64,000 nt of DNA. Origin: Eledone cirrhosa. Taxonomy: Eukaryota. The stretch spans positions 30,008,001 to 30,072,000 of the forward strand of contig OZ024758.1 of the NCBI GenBank assembly GCA_964016885.1, written 5' to 3'. Each line of letters begins with the position of its first letter. Within the stretch, counting starts at the first letter, position 1. A program made the translations under genes and the position numbers. The notes below the pieces were generated by a model. That model did no database searches and was not told the DNA's origin. It was given only the letters and a program-made list of their open reading frames with translations. Positions 52,140 to 64,000 of this stretch are shown piece by piece.

Positions 52140-52484
52140 CATCATTTTTTCATCATTTCATTTTTACGTCCCCTTTTCCCTGCTTGCAAGGGTGGGACGG
52201 GAACTGATTCTGGCTTGATATCTACAGCTGGATGCCCTTCCTGACACCAACCTCATTTACAGTGAGTGCTGGGTGCTTTTTTGCTGTGGCACCACCACGA
52301 CCACTTTGCAGTGGAATGATAGGGACCCCAGTCCCTATCATCTCATTTCTACAGCTGAGTAAACTGGAGCAATGTGAAATAAAGTGTCTTGCTCAAGGAA
52401 ACAACACATCACCCGGTCTGAGAATTGAACTCACAACCTTTCGATTGCAAGGCCAATGCTCTAACCACTAAGCCATGTGCCTCC
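52140..52484 (-). mobile_element. Family B SINE
   Basis: Reverse complement of 12363-12704. Confidence 0.88.
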
Positions 52485-52511
52485 ATATATGTATATATAT
52501 ATATATATATA

Positions 52512-53145
52512 TCATCATCATCATCACCATCACCGTTTTACGTCTGTTCTTCTATGGTTAGCATGGGTTAGACGGGTTGTCCTGTTGTGGGCAGTGTCCA
52601 GTCGGCTGACCATGTCTTGCTCATACGGGAACTGAGTCTGGCTTGATTTCTACAGCTGGATGCCCTTCCTAACACCAACCTCATTTACAGTGAGTGCTGG
52701 GTGCTTTTTTCTGTGGCACCTCCACGACCACTTTACAGTGGGAGGGGTTGGGGGCATATTGTCTATATGCTTCAGCTTTGGCTTGTACCTGTGGGGGTTT
52801 GGGTCTTCTGTAATACTGCGTGACGCCAGAGGTCACGGTCGTGTATCATCGCCTTTGAGAGGTGTAATTGGGTATGGTCGGCTTTTATCACCTCATCCGA
52901 AGTCTTCTTGGATCTCTCCACTCCACGGCTTCCATCGACTTCTAGTGCTCTGCACCTTTTTATGCAGCTGTCATCCTTCATAAGCATCACATATCCATAC
53001 CAACGCAACCTCCTCTCCTACATGTAGCATTTGATTCCTCTTGCTCAGTCTCTCTCTCAATTTGTTTATGCTTTGCCGTTCACATATATTACTATTACAC
53101 ATCCATCGGAGCATGCAGGCTTCGTTTCTTTCTAATGTACGCAAT
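52512..53145 (-). mobile_element. 5'-truncated RTE LINE fragment with 3' UTR and tail
   Basis: LERNEACMLRWMC and RWYGYVMLMKDDSCIKRC peptides; (GAT)n tail. Confidence 0.8.
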
Positions 53146-54543
53146 TCTTCGGTTTGGTAGTTTTTGAGTTTTAGGTTCACAAACAAACAAACCAACAGGC
53201 AGAAATTGCCATTTATGTATATAGATATATATAGGAAGACTTCTACTTTTAGGTTTTCTTAGTTTTCTTATTTTAGATTACTTTACTAGGAATCTACCCG
53301 TTGGGGACTTTATATAAGATATTCTATATATTCAATATATGTATATGCTTCTCTGAATTAGATATATTTTAACGATCTTTTCATTGAGACGTTATGTATA
53401 TTGGTGACAAAAAAAAAACAGTTCTAGTCCTGTAGAAGCCATTTCTAAATAAAATTTTGTACACACACAAACGCACATTTATTTATGTATGTATATGTTT
53501 AAAAATGTGTGAGTGATTTCATTTAATATGCTCGACTAAATTCCATCAATGAATCCATCGTAGTATGGCTGCAATCAAGAGAGAGAAATAGTTTTCAGAA
53601 GTTGAAATTATAATGGATGTAACGGGAGATAACTCCCGCGAACTTTATCATAACTAAGGAAGATAATTCTTGTTGCTATACTTCCTAAATCGTCCTTTTT
53701 TTTTATTTTGAAATGACAAAACTTCCGTAGGCCGAAGTTTAATCAACTAACAAATGCCAAGCATTTGTTACATTATATTTCTCTCGTTTTTATGAAAACT
53801 ACTCGCGGACTTATGACCTGTTTGTCTAGTCTCAGAATGTGACAACTCATCTAACAGTGGTGATGATGATGATGTTGTATAAAATATTTTAAGCAGACAT
53901 GTGATTAGGTCCTGTATCAGGTTAGAGTGGATTTTGTCTTAAGTCATTGTGAAAATGAAGGATTATTTAAAATATGTATTTCGATTTTGAAGCAATTCAG
54001 CTGAGTATTAATTGTTTGGAAAAGCCTACACATCACATTTACTTCTTATAAATCTTATACATATATCATCATCATCACCATCACCATCACTGTTAAACGT
54101 CCATTTTCCAGGCTGCCACTTACTGAGACCTAACCAGTCAGATGACCATGTCCTGCTCATACTTTCCATTTTGGTATTAATTTCTATGGCTGGATCCCTT
54201 ACAGCATGTACTGGGAACACTTTGTGACTCCAACACTACCACCTTAGAGGGTGGACTGGGTGCATTTTATTGTGACACCAGGATTACCACTTTTCAGAGT
54301 GTATTGGCAGCATTTTATCGTGACTCTGGCACTTCTACCTTAGAGGGTGGACTGGGTGCATTTTATCATGACACCAGAACTACCTCATTACAACACTAGG
54401 GTGCTCAGTGAGTCCTTTATCAGGCTGGGGGGGGGGGGGGTATTGATGGGAGTGAGTGTGATGTATAAATAAGAGTGATGCATGTTATTTTCTATATATG
54501 AAATTATAACTATTTCTACTGAACTTTCATTGTCTATTTGCAG

Positions 54544-54614
54544 GTAAGATTACAATCTTAATACAGAAATGTACAATGGCTATACCACAACAACAGGAAC
54601 TACATTATGAATAA
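54544..54614 (+). CDS. SLC7 terminal coding exon: (S)KITILIQKCTMAIPQQQELHYE*
   Basis: tttgcAG acceptor in the required phase; T...QK....P C-terminal helix typical of LAT proteins; TAA at 54612-54614. Confidence 0.85.
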
Positions 54615-56659
54615 AGAGAGACATTTTTTTCATCAGAATGACAAATCTTGGCATCTAAATTCCAAATCATATGTGCCTTTTAACAGAAGAAAAATTTTTT
54701 AAACATATTAGGAAAAACAAAAGACAAAAGCAGATCCAGTTTTTTTTACGGTTTCCACCTCGAAATATGCTGCTGTTTACTGCCTTATATTGATCAAAAA
54801 CCCCAAGGGTACTGGGTACTGTTAGTAAAGGAGTTTATACCAGTTGTTAACTACATTTTATTGAACAAGACAACTGAAAAATAAAGCAAGAAAAAAGAAA
54901 TCTGTTGAGAAGTATAATGGGGGAAATGCAAGAGAAAGACAAGGTTAAGAATTTGAACAGTTTATATTGAATATAAATACCTAACAGCAAAACAACTATG
55001 GAAACTATCCTGTGTGTATGTATGTGTATACATGGTTGGTGAGTGAATGTGTGTGTGAGAGAGAGTATATGCATATATATATATTATATATACACCCACA
55101 TCTGTGTATGTATATGTCTGTATACACACACACACATATTCATGCACACATATTTTTGTGTACGTGCAATCATACTGACTTTTTTTCCCTTTTACGCCTT
55201 TTTTTTCTGGACTTGTGTACAAAACTCAAATGTCTTCATTGTTTTTCTTTCTTTTTAATGTATTAAATTTGTTTGTGTTAATGTTTTTTTTTGTTATTTT
55301 TTAATAATATATCTAGCATGGTCCCATAACACCAGGTGGAGTCGTAGGAGTGCTGTGTTGATGTACAGTGTTTCTTGGCCACTTTCAAACCTGGCAGAGC
55401 CCATCTCCTCTCCAGGCCTGAGTACAGTAGATTTCTTCCAGAGAAAGGGAGAAAGTGAGAGAGAGGAAATGAGAAAGAGATATAGAGGAAGAATCAACCC
55501 AGTACTTTTTTATCCACCTTGAAAGGATGAAAGGTTAAATTGACCTCAGCGGGATTTGAACTCAGAGAGCAGAAAGCCGAAACGAATACCACAAAGTATT
55601 CTATCTGATGTTCTAACGGCTCTGCCAATTTACTGCATTTATATGTATGTGTGTGTGTAAAGATAAAATTTTTGGCAAGTTTTGATTTTGGTGTTTGTTT
55701 GTTTTTAAAACACAGTTTATTACCAGTTTCACATTAATGATATAACTATGTTGTGTTGCTGAATCTTTATAGAAGTTCTATTACAGAATACAAGAAACTG
55801 TATCTGAGCATTGTTTTATATTATGTTTGTAGGATCATAGATGGCTTTTAAGATCGATTACCAGAATCTCATTGAAGCAATTTTCAGTATGTCTGCTCGT
55901 TGGTATTATGCAATACCTGACAGTTCAGAACATGGAGTTATAAAAAAATCTACTACTTAACTGGCTGACAAATCAAGTCTACCTCCTAAAAAAAAACCCA
56001 GTACAGTCCATCTGACAGGCAAGCATGAACATCAAAACTTCCTATTTCTTCCACCCTGTAAAAATATGGAGCTATATAAGACATCTTTTTGGGAGGGTTT
56101 AAATTAAATGAACTTTTTCCATTGTAGATCTTAATTTCTCTCTACAGAAAACTGTTTTGATTGAAGTTGTAATCAGATGATGGAGCATCTATGCTATCGT
56201 TCAACTTGTTAGAAATTGCAGCCAAATCTTCTTAATATTATATCATACAATTTTAAAAAAGGAAAGATATTGGATTATATATACTTAGGTACAGTATATT
56301 TTTAAAAAATGGTAGGGATCATGGCTGGAGCAAAGCACCTTTTATCACAGGTTTGCCTTTATCAAGACTGATGTGATGCCAAACTACAATCACTATATAA
56401 GTCATACAAGTGGTAAGAAACTCTCAATAGAGCTGGACAGCAGAAGGTCTTCAGAGAAGGACCCCACTCAAGCGAGTGTTTCGGCCCTTAACTTCTATTG
56501 GATCAAAACATACTACTGGGAAAATAATATGAAGATTATTAACAAAAAACTTAATTCAAAAATATCTTAATCAACATTTCTCATTAGAATGAGCTTCATT
56601 AGTTTCCCCAGAAAATTATCAATCCTAGGAAACTAGTGAAAATGTCTGGCAACAACTAT

Positions 56660-57045
56660 AATTGTTTCTACTTTTGGCACAAAGTCAGCAATTACCCCAG
56701 TGTATTACTGGTGCTTTATCTTATCGACCCCGTAATGGATGAAAGGCAAAGTTAACCTCGGTGGGATTTGAACTCAGACCATGTAGAGCCATAACTCTTA
56801 GCCTGCAAAGCATGGTGTCTGATGCTCTACCAATCCACTGCCAATCCACAGTTGGCCACAATAATAATTGTTTCTACTTTTGGCACAAGGCCAGCAATTA
56901 CCCAGTGCATTACTGGTACTTTATTTTATCCACCCCGTAAGGATGAAAGGCAAAGTCAACCTCGGCGGGATTTGAACTCAGACCGTAAAGGGACGTAACT
57001 ATGCTAGAGAGCATGGCGTCCGACCCTCTACCAATCCACCGCCTT
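56660..57045 (-). mobile_element. Two family A SINEs; second with GGCCACAATAATA TSD
   Basis: Family core on minus strand; duplication at ~56854 and ~57047. Confidence 0.85.
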
Positions 57046-58107
57046 AGGCCACAATAATAATAAAATGAAAGAAGAGTGGTTTTTGGTGAGTACCAATAAA
57101 TTTATGTACTGTGAGGACAAGAAAAGCTAACAGTATGTAGTCCCTTCAGTGGAGTGTAGGAAGATTGAACACACTAATTTCAAGCTACCAAACTAATTAT
57201 GGGGTGACTTTTTCAAGGGTATTATCCACGTAAATGATGTGAATTAGCTTCACCTGGGATGGAACCACTGCACAAACACAGCTCACCAGGTGTTTACCTC
57301 TGTATAAACTTATAGCAAATTACTATATTCAAACAATATTTTTAATTTACTTAATGAGATTTTCTGTATTACTTTTCTACTATTGTTGCTTGATCTGCTA
57401 GATACAGCAGCCAAAACTTTCTTTAAATCACACTGTATTGCCTTGTAAGGTAAGATAAAGGGGCCTTAACTTCTGGTGTAGCCATAAGGATACCATCCTG
57501 ACACATGACATGACCTGGACATTTTAAATCTGATGAAGCCAACCCCCAATCCAGGTCAGAGAGAGAGAGCAAAAATTAACTCCAGTACTGGACTGGTACT
57601 TTATCACCCTTGAAAGGATGAAATGCAAAGTTAACCTTGGCAAGATTTGAACTCAGAGTGCATTTTTAATCTGATGCCCTAACAACTCTGTTAAATTGCC
57701 ACCTTAAAAAAAAGGAGGAAGAATGCATATAGTATAGCTATCTCTCACAATTGGATGATATAGTTCTAGATAGTACTATAGCTATCTCTCAGTTGTGTAT
57801 AACTTGCTAGTATGTACCATGCTTTTGCTAAGAGCTTTCTGTGCCTGTGTAGTCATAAGCAGATACAAACAACCTTTTGACCCTTAAGCCCTCGATTCAG
57901 TGGAATATTCAAGCTGTGACAGCTTGAAGGAAAGAGTGTTACACCAGCTCTTGGCTGGTATTTTCTCTATCAACCTTGAAAAGCAAAGAAAGCCTTGGCA
58001 GGATTTCAACTCAGAGACCCAGAACAAATATCCAATGTTCTAATGACTCTGCCAAATTATCTGCTTTAGTTCTAGATATACAATATCTTAAAATAAGATG
58101 AGAGTGG

Positions 58108-58312
58108 TTTACTTGCTCAGAGCTAGTCAAGTCTAATCTAAAGTCTGCCTCGAGAGATAGTTATGACTAAAATGTCTTTGATCATAGGTTTACTTGCTCG
58201 GAGCTAGTCAAGTCTAATCTCAAGTCTGTCTCAAGAGATAGTTATGACTAAAATGTCTTTGATCATAGGTTTACTTGCTCGGAGCTAGTCAAGTCTAATC
58301 TCAAGTCTGCCT
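58108..58312. repeat. 81-bp tandem repeat, ~2.5 copies
   Basis: GTTTACTTGCTCGGAGCTAGTCAAGTCTAATCT... recurs about every 81 bp. Confidence 0.85.
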
Positions 58313-59764
58313 TGAGCCCGTAGGTTTATCAGGCCAGTGCTTATCCTGGTTTCCATGGCGGGAAGTGACTGTGGATACAAAACTTCCCCTGGACAGGATG
58401 TCAGTCCATCACAGGGTTAAACCTCTAGCTATTGCTGGTATTCATTTTCAGCTGAGTATACTGGAGCTAACATGAGGCTACATTACTCTATACATACTAA
58501 TATATTTTCATGGTAAAAGCTTTACCACATAATCACCTCACATAATATAGAACTTATGAGATTTTGATATTATTTATTTTGAGAACAATACCTTAACATC
58601 AGTATAAATGACCGGTTTCAGCCAGTTTGAACAGAAAGAGGTGAGCGAATTCTGACCGGATATGGCCGAGTTAAATGCTAAAGTGTTAAATAACACCCAG
58701 TATGGGCTAATGAACATTCCACAATATTTAGTATTGAAAAAGAATTCAGTGACTTTCAATAATACTTTATAATTTTTACATTGGATTAAAGAATATCCTC
58801 TGCCATGTCTTTCTTTCCATTTCTGACATACAGTGGAGTAGTTGACTGTAACTACAACATAATTAGGAGTAGCTTGTGTCATAGATTTCTATGTATTGAG
58901 GAAAACCTGTTTTATTTGTTACAATATACAAACAAATAAATAAAATAAAGAATAATTAGATTTATAATTCTTAACAAAGAAAAGTACAAACATTTTTAAA
59001 TCTACCTGACACTCTTCTCATTACACATTCACAGTAAATTTCACAATGTCATTCAATATGAGGCCAAAGACATATACGGAAACATGTTTTTAAAATATAG
59101 GTACAGAGTAAATATATGATATTGTATCATACTACACCAGCAGCGACAAAGTTGTTAGAACATTGGATAGAATGCTTTGCAGTATTTCTTCCAGCTCTCT
59201 GGACTCTGAGTTAAAAACCTGCCTTTAATCCTTTCAAGGTCAATAAAAAAAGTACCAACACAGTACTGGGGTTAATACCTTTCTCACTTTCTCTTTATCT
59301 CCTCTGGAAGAAATATGCTGTGTTCAGACCTGGAAAGAGATGTGCTCCACCAGGTTTAACCCGGCCGTATCTGACCAGAATTCTCTCACCTCTTTCTGTT
59401 CAAACCTGCTGTAACTGGCCACACATACTGATGTTATGGTATTTTTCTAAAAACGAATATTAAAAGATGATGATGATATAGTGACCCCAGTACTTTTATC
59501 AATCACATAAAGAATGAGAGACAAAGTTGATCTTTGTGTAAAGGGATGTAACTTGTATGGAACCAAATATTCCAAGCTATTGTTTGATGTACTAATTCTG
59601 TCATCAGTTGTTGTCCTTATGTTATCAATGTTGTTACCATAACAACGTGATCATTGATAAGTCACATATTTTTGTCTCCGATGAATTACTGTAAAATTCT
59701 GATCAACTATGCCAGTGCCTAGTATAACTTGGTATATCCTTGTCATAGTTACAAACATCATTAA

Positions 59765-60530
59765 CCCTTTAACATTTACATTACTCTATATATACTATTG
59801 TATTTTCACAGTAAAGGCTTTACCTCACATAATATCTCACATAACATTTACATTACTCTATATATACTATTGTATTTTCACAGTAAAGGCTTTACCTCAC
59901 ATAATACCACACATAATTTTTACATTACTCTATATATACTATTGTATTGTCACAATAAAGGCTTTACCTCACATAATATCTCACATAACATTTACATTAC
60001 TCTATATATACTATTGTACTTTCACAGTAAAGGTTTTACCTCACATAATATCTCACATAGCATTTACATTACTCTATATATACTATTGTATTTTCACAGT
60101 AAAGGCTTTATCTCACATAACATTTACATTACACTATATATACTATTGTATTTTCATGGTAAAGGCTTTACCTCACATAATATCTCACATACCATTTACA
60201 TTACTCTATATATATACTATTGTATTTTCACAGTAAAGGCTTTATCTCACATAACATTTACATTACTCTATATATACTATTGTATTTTCACAGTAAAGGT
60301 TTTACCTCACATAATATCTCACATACCATTTACATTACTCTATATATACTATTGTATTTTCACAGTAAAGGTTTTACCTCACATAACATTTACATTACTC
60401 TATATATACTATTGTATTTTCACAGTAAAGACTTTACCTCACATAATATCTCACATAGCATTTACATTACTCTATATACTATTGTATTGTCACAGTAAAG
60501 GCTTTACCTCACATAATATCTCACATAACA
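59765..60530. repeat. 72/60-bp minisatellite derived from the terminus of the piggyBac-like MITE
   Basis: Starts TTAA|CCCTTTAACATTTACATT; unit equals the first ~70 bp of the MITE at 42156. Confidence 0.9.
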
Positions 60531-60741
60531 TCTCGTATACGAGGGACGTGTGTTGACGTGTGTGAACAAGCTCGGCTACCGAGTCGGATTTACTTACTCA
60601 AAAGTGAGTTTTGATTAATTTTTTTACACTGTAATATACGTTAACCCCTTGCCTTGGTCGTCAAACTTTGAGTTTATTTATTTTCGCCCCTTTTTGGGGC
60701 GAATTTTCCAGTTAAAAACTTATTACGGCAAACTAATAGAA

Positions 60742-62461
60742 ATGGACGGAATTTTCACATCTCATCCTAACGTGAAAGCCACGCCCCCTAAGAAAGGTGA
60801 TACAGAGAAGCTAGAAGCACAAGGCTCTAAGTCTTCCCTCCTGACTTCTGCAAAAGAAACATGGAACACGGAATTAAAAGAAAAATTTGTAAAAATGGGT
60901 GAAAACCCAGAAAGTCACATAAACGCAGACAAAAACAACAACGACAATAACAGCAATAGTCACAACACCAACCAAGGAAAAAATAACGATAACACCAAAC
61001 AAAGCGAACCCACTACTGGTGCCTCCTTTGCACAGGCGGTCCGGAAAACACAAACCTGCAAGCAACTGGACATTACAACTCTGAGAGAAAAGATGAAGGA
61101 AGCGAAACAGTATGTAACTTTCAAAGAAGGAGACTTCACAATCACCTCCCCACAAGAAATCAAGAGACACAACGCTAAGAACGATATCTTTCAGAACAAT
61201 TTCCAACATAACAAGGAAACCAACTCAATTATCCCAAAAAGAGATTGAGCTGGTCCTAAAAAATGTGTGGAGTGATATATCGTTCATACAAAAAGGGCCA
61301 CTCTATGGGAATATAACGGTCCTAATGAAGGATCAATTGACGGCCAGGAAATACTCTGTGGCGCCAATTGTTTCCAAGCTACATACATTTTTCCCCACAT
61401 ATTTAGGGAAAAGAACGCAGAAGATAAGGGTCTCCGGAATCCGGCCAAATGCATGCATTTCCTGGGTACTAACAGGATTTTTAGAAGACGAGGACGGAAT
61501 CCTCTCAGTAGAAGTCACCACAGACGTTTTCGGCGGTTTGAGCGTGGAGGTTCTGGTCCAAATGAGACCAGAACGAATAGCTAGAATACCACAGAGGGTG
61601 TCCCTCGATGGAGAAACATTTATATATATTTCAGCCGAGGGTAGGAGGCCCATATGTTACTACTGTTCAAGCAGGGGTCATCTAAGGGCTGCTTGTCCTC
61701 AATTGACAAAAAAAAAGGCTCTTTTGCCTACACCCCACACACCACCACCGCCACCACCACCACCACCTCCACCACAACAACAACAAAAACAACACGGAAA
61801 AATAACACAAGACACGGCCCCACCCAAAACAACTCCCAAAACACACACAAATACAACGAAACCCCAAAATACACCACTACCCGACAGCACGGACGAGGAC
61901 CCAGCTGAAACGGCACCTAGTGACGAAGAGGGGGAACCCTTCCAACCTTTAAAAAGGAAAAAAAGAAAGCACCACTCGAACATAAACGAAACAAACACAC
62001 AACCACCAACAAAAACAAAACAAACAGAACAAACAAAATCCGCCCCACCCCAAAACATAACACATACAACAAAACGTAAGCACACACAAGAACAACAAAC
62101 AAACACAACACAAATAAAACAGTATACATACATTAACACAAATAACAAAGAACTAGTAAAAACAATACACAAAGACCCTTTGGTGGAAACTGAAGGGCAA
62201 TTCTTTGCAAGCGCGGCCAACAAACCACATTTAAAAATGATAAGACTCCCAATGGACACCTATGCAAAACTAAGAGAGAACTTTCCTGAGGACGTGGGGA
62301 AAACATGTACTCGACCCTATAACCGCGTCCTCTTGAAACGTTTCCCCACCCACACCTCACCAAACACCCCCACTCCACCACAGAACAACACCCCACCAAA
62401 CAACCCCTCCAATACGCCCATGGATATTGTGCAACCTGCTCCTCAGGAGCCGAACAGGTAG
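60742..62461 (+). CDS. LINE ORF1 (gag-like, CYYCSSRGHLRAAC zinc knuckle), one frameshift near 61165
   Basis: ORFs 60649-61248 and 61265-62461 overlap in adjacent frames; SFAQAV motif, CCHC, Pro/Thr-rich tail. Confidence 0.75.
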
Positions 62462-62482
62462 GTCCTTCCTCTTTTAACCAAC

Positions 62483-64000
62483 ATGGCTGATATAAGAGTT
62501 GGGTGTCTGAATGTACGCGGCCTGGGACTGTCTTGGAAACAAGGCAAACTTTTAAACGATCTCAGGTCGCATAGAATGGATGTAATGGCTATTTGCGAGT
62601 CCAGGATCAGCAGCGAGCACCAACTGGCGCCCCTCTTCGACGACTTTGAGATCTTCGCATCTCTCTGTCAACCGGGGGGTGGGGGTGGAGTTGTCGTTCT
62701 GCTGCGAAAACACCTGGGCCTCGCCATACAGAAGGTGCACCTGGACCCGGAGGGTCGACTGGTGGATTTAGACGTCGGCAGTAGTGAAAGTGGAGCCCTT
62801 AGACTAATAGCTGTGTACGCCCCTTTTTGGGCAGCACGGCCGGAATACTTCCAACGTCTGGAAACTTTCTGGGAACGTCCCGCTCCTTGCTTTTAGTGGG
62901 GGACTGGAATGGTATCCTGGATGCACGTTGGGACTATGTAGGGGCATGTGCCAATAGAGGGGGGTGTAAAAGCCTCAAAAGGTTAATCGGCCGATTTGAC
63001 CTGGCCGATAGATATCGACTAGATTTTCCGACTGTACCACTATGGACGTGGACCAATCGCAGTGGAACATCTAGGTCGTACCTAGATAGGGTCCTAGTTA
63101 GAGAGAACGATAGGGACACATTTAGCTGTCCAAAAATGTTCATGGTTGACTATTCGGATCACAAGTTAGTGACCTGCATAGCCAACCTTGATAGAACCCA
63201 TAGACAGGGACCCGGTTACTGGAAGCTGAACTTGTCCTTACCGAGAAGCAAAGCTTACAGTAAACGGATTAGCACGTTAGTTAAGCAGAGTTTGACAGGG
63301 GCAATTGTCAACAACAGGTGGTGGAGCTCTCTTAAGAGAGCAATTAGAATAGAATCGATAGGTTTTAGTCAGGAATTAGCAAGGGATAGGAACAAGACGG
63401 AAAGGGAATTAGTAGATAGAGTAGAAGAGGCGATTAGGAGTGGCAATGTAGCCGGCGTGCTGGCATCAAGAATGGCCTTAGACCAGTTCTTTGAGGTGAA
63501 GCATGAAGGCTGCGTTGTCAGGAGTAAAATACGTGCTCTGGGTAATGAGGGAGCCAAAGCTGTGAGCTGGGCCCGAGTGACAGAGGCAAAAAGTGGGAAC
63601 AAGTCCACGATTCGGTCTTTGAAGGACCAGGATGGGCGTGTGATCCTTGAACCTGGGCAGATGTGTGCGGCCTTTCAGCGGCACTTTGCACGACTGTTCG
63701 AGAGGGGCGGCGCGCCGGGTGAGACTATGGATTTCAATCCATACCTCGACGGTCTGCCGCGCCTCTCGGACGCGGAGACGAAGTCCTGCGAAAGGACGAT
63801 TTCAGCTGCTGAGATAGGGGCGGCGCTGAGCCAATGCGGCAAACGCAAATCCCCGGGTCTCGATGGTCTACCATACGAGCTATATGTAGCGATGCCGGAC
63901 TTGTTCTCCGATATCCTCGAAGCGGTCTACTGCAACTGGCAGCAGAACGGGAGAATTCCCAGTTCTGTGACCAAGGGCGTAGTTACGCTGGTGAGGAAGG
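62483..64000 (+). CDS. LINE ORF2 (APE endonuclease + RT N-terminus), one frameshift near 62868, open to window end
   Basis: CLNVRGL, AICES, VGDWN, WTW, YLDRVLV, SDHKLV, GYWKLN, KSPGLDGLPYE; no stop from 62869 to 64000 by manual translation. Confidence 0.88.

Larger units (their letters stand above)
60531..64000 (+). mobile_element. L1/Tx1-clade non-LTR retrotransposon, 5' part (continues past window)
   Basis: 5' UTR, ORF1 with CCHC knuckle, ORF2 APE endonuclease and start of RT; CpG-rich compared with flanks. Confidence 0.92.

Noticed and set aside
54615-58960. Defined 3' UTR and poly(A) site
   Set aside because: Several AATAAA candidates in AT-rich DNA; cannot choose without transcript data.
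59709-60556. Hydrophobic repetitive ORFs
   Set aside because: Translations of the 72/60-bp MITE-derived array.

Overview
AT-rich animal genomic DNA. The SINE/RTE/MITE repertoire and (TA)n/(CAT)n content look like an octopus or other coleoid cephalopod; this is an inference from recalled repeat families, not a database result. The window holds the last six coding exons (+ strand, 22841-54614) of an SLC7 L-type/y+L-type amino-acid transporter light chain. The five internal exon sizes (124/104/97/150/178 nt) match human SLC7A5 exons 5-9 as I recall them, and the upstream exons are not found in the window. The rest is repeats: a near-full-length decayed RTE LINE, a young L1/Tx1-clade LINE running off the right edge, CR1 ends, 4-5 Helitrons (one with a PIF1 helicase remnant), mariner and hAT relics, TTAA-type MITEs, at least three tRNA-SINE families and several large minisatellites, some visibly grown from transposon ends. 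Most notable: (1) tandem histone-mRNA-type 3' stem-loops downstream of the Helitron helicase ORF, on its coding strand; (2) minimal type-I hammerhead ribozymes in (TA)n-flanked inserts, two sense to the host pre-mRNA and able to form a double hammerhead; (3) many intronic foldbacks; (4) a 2104-bp higher-order repeat inside an intronic 46/51-bp minisatellite.
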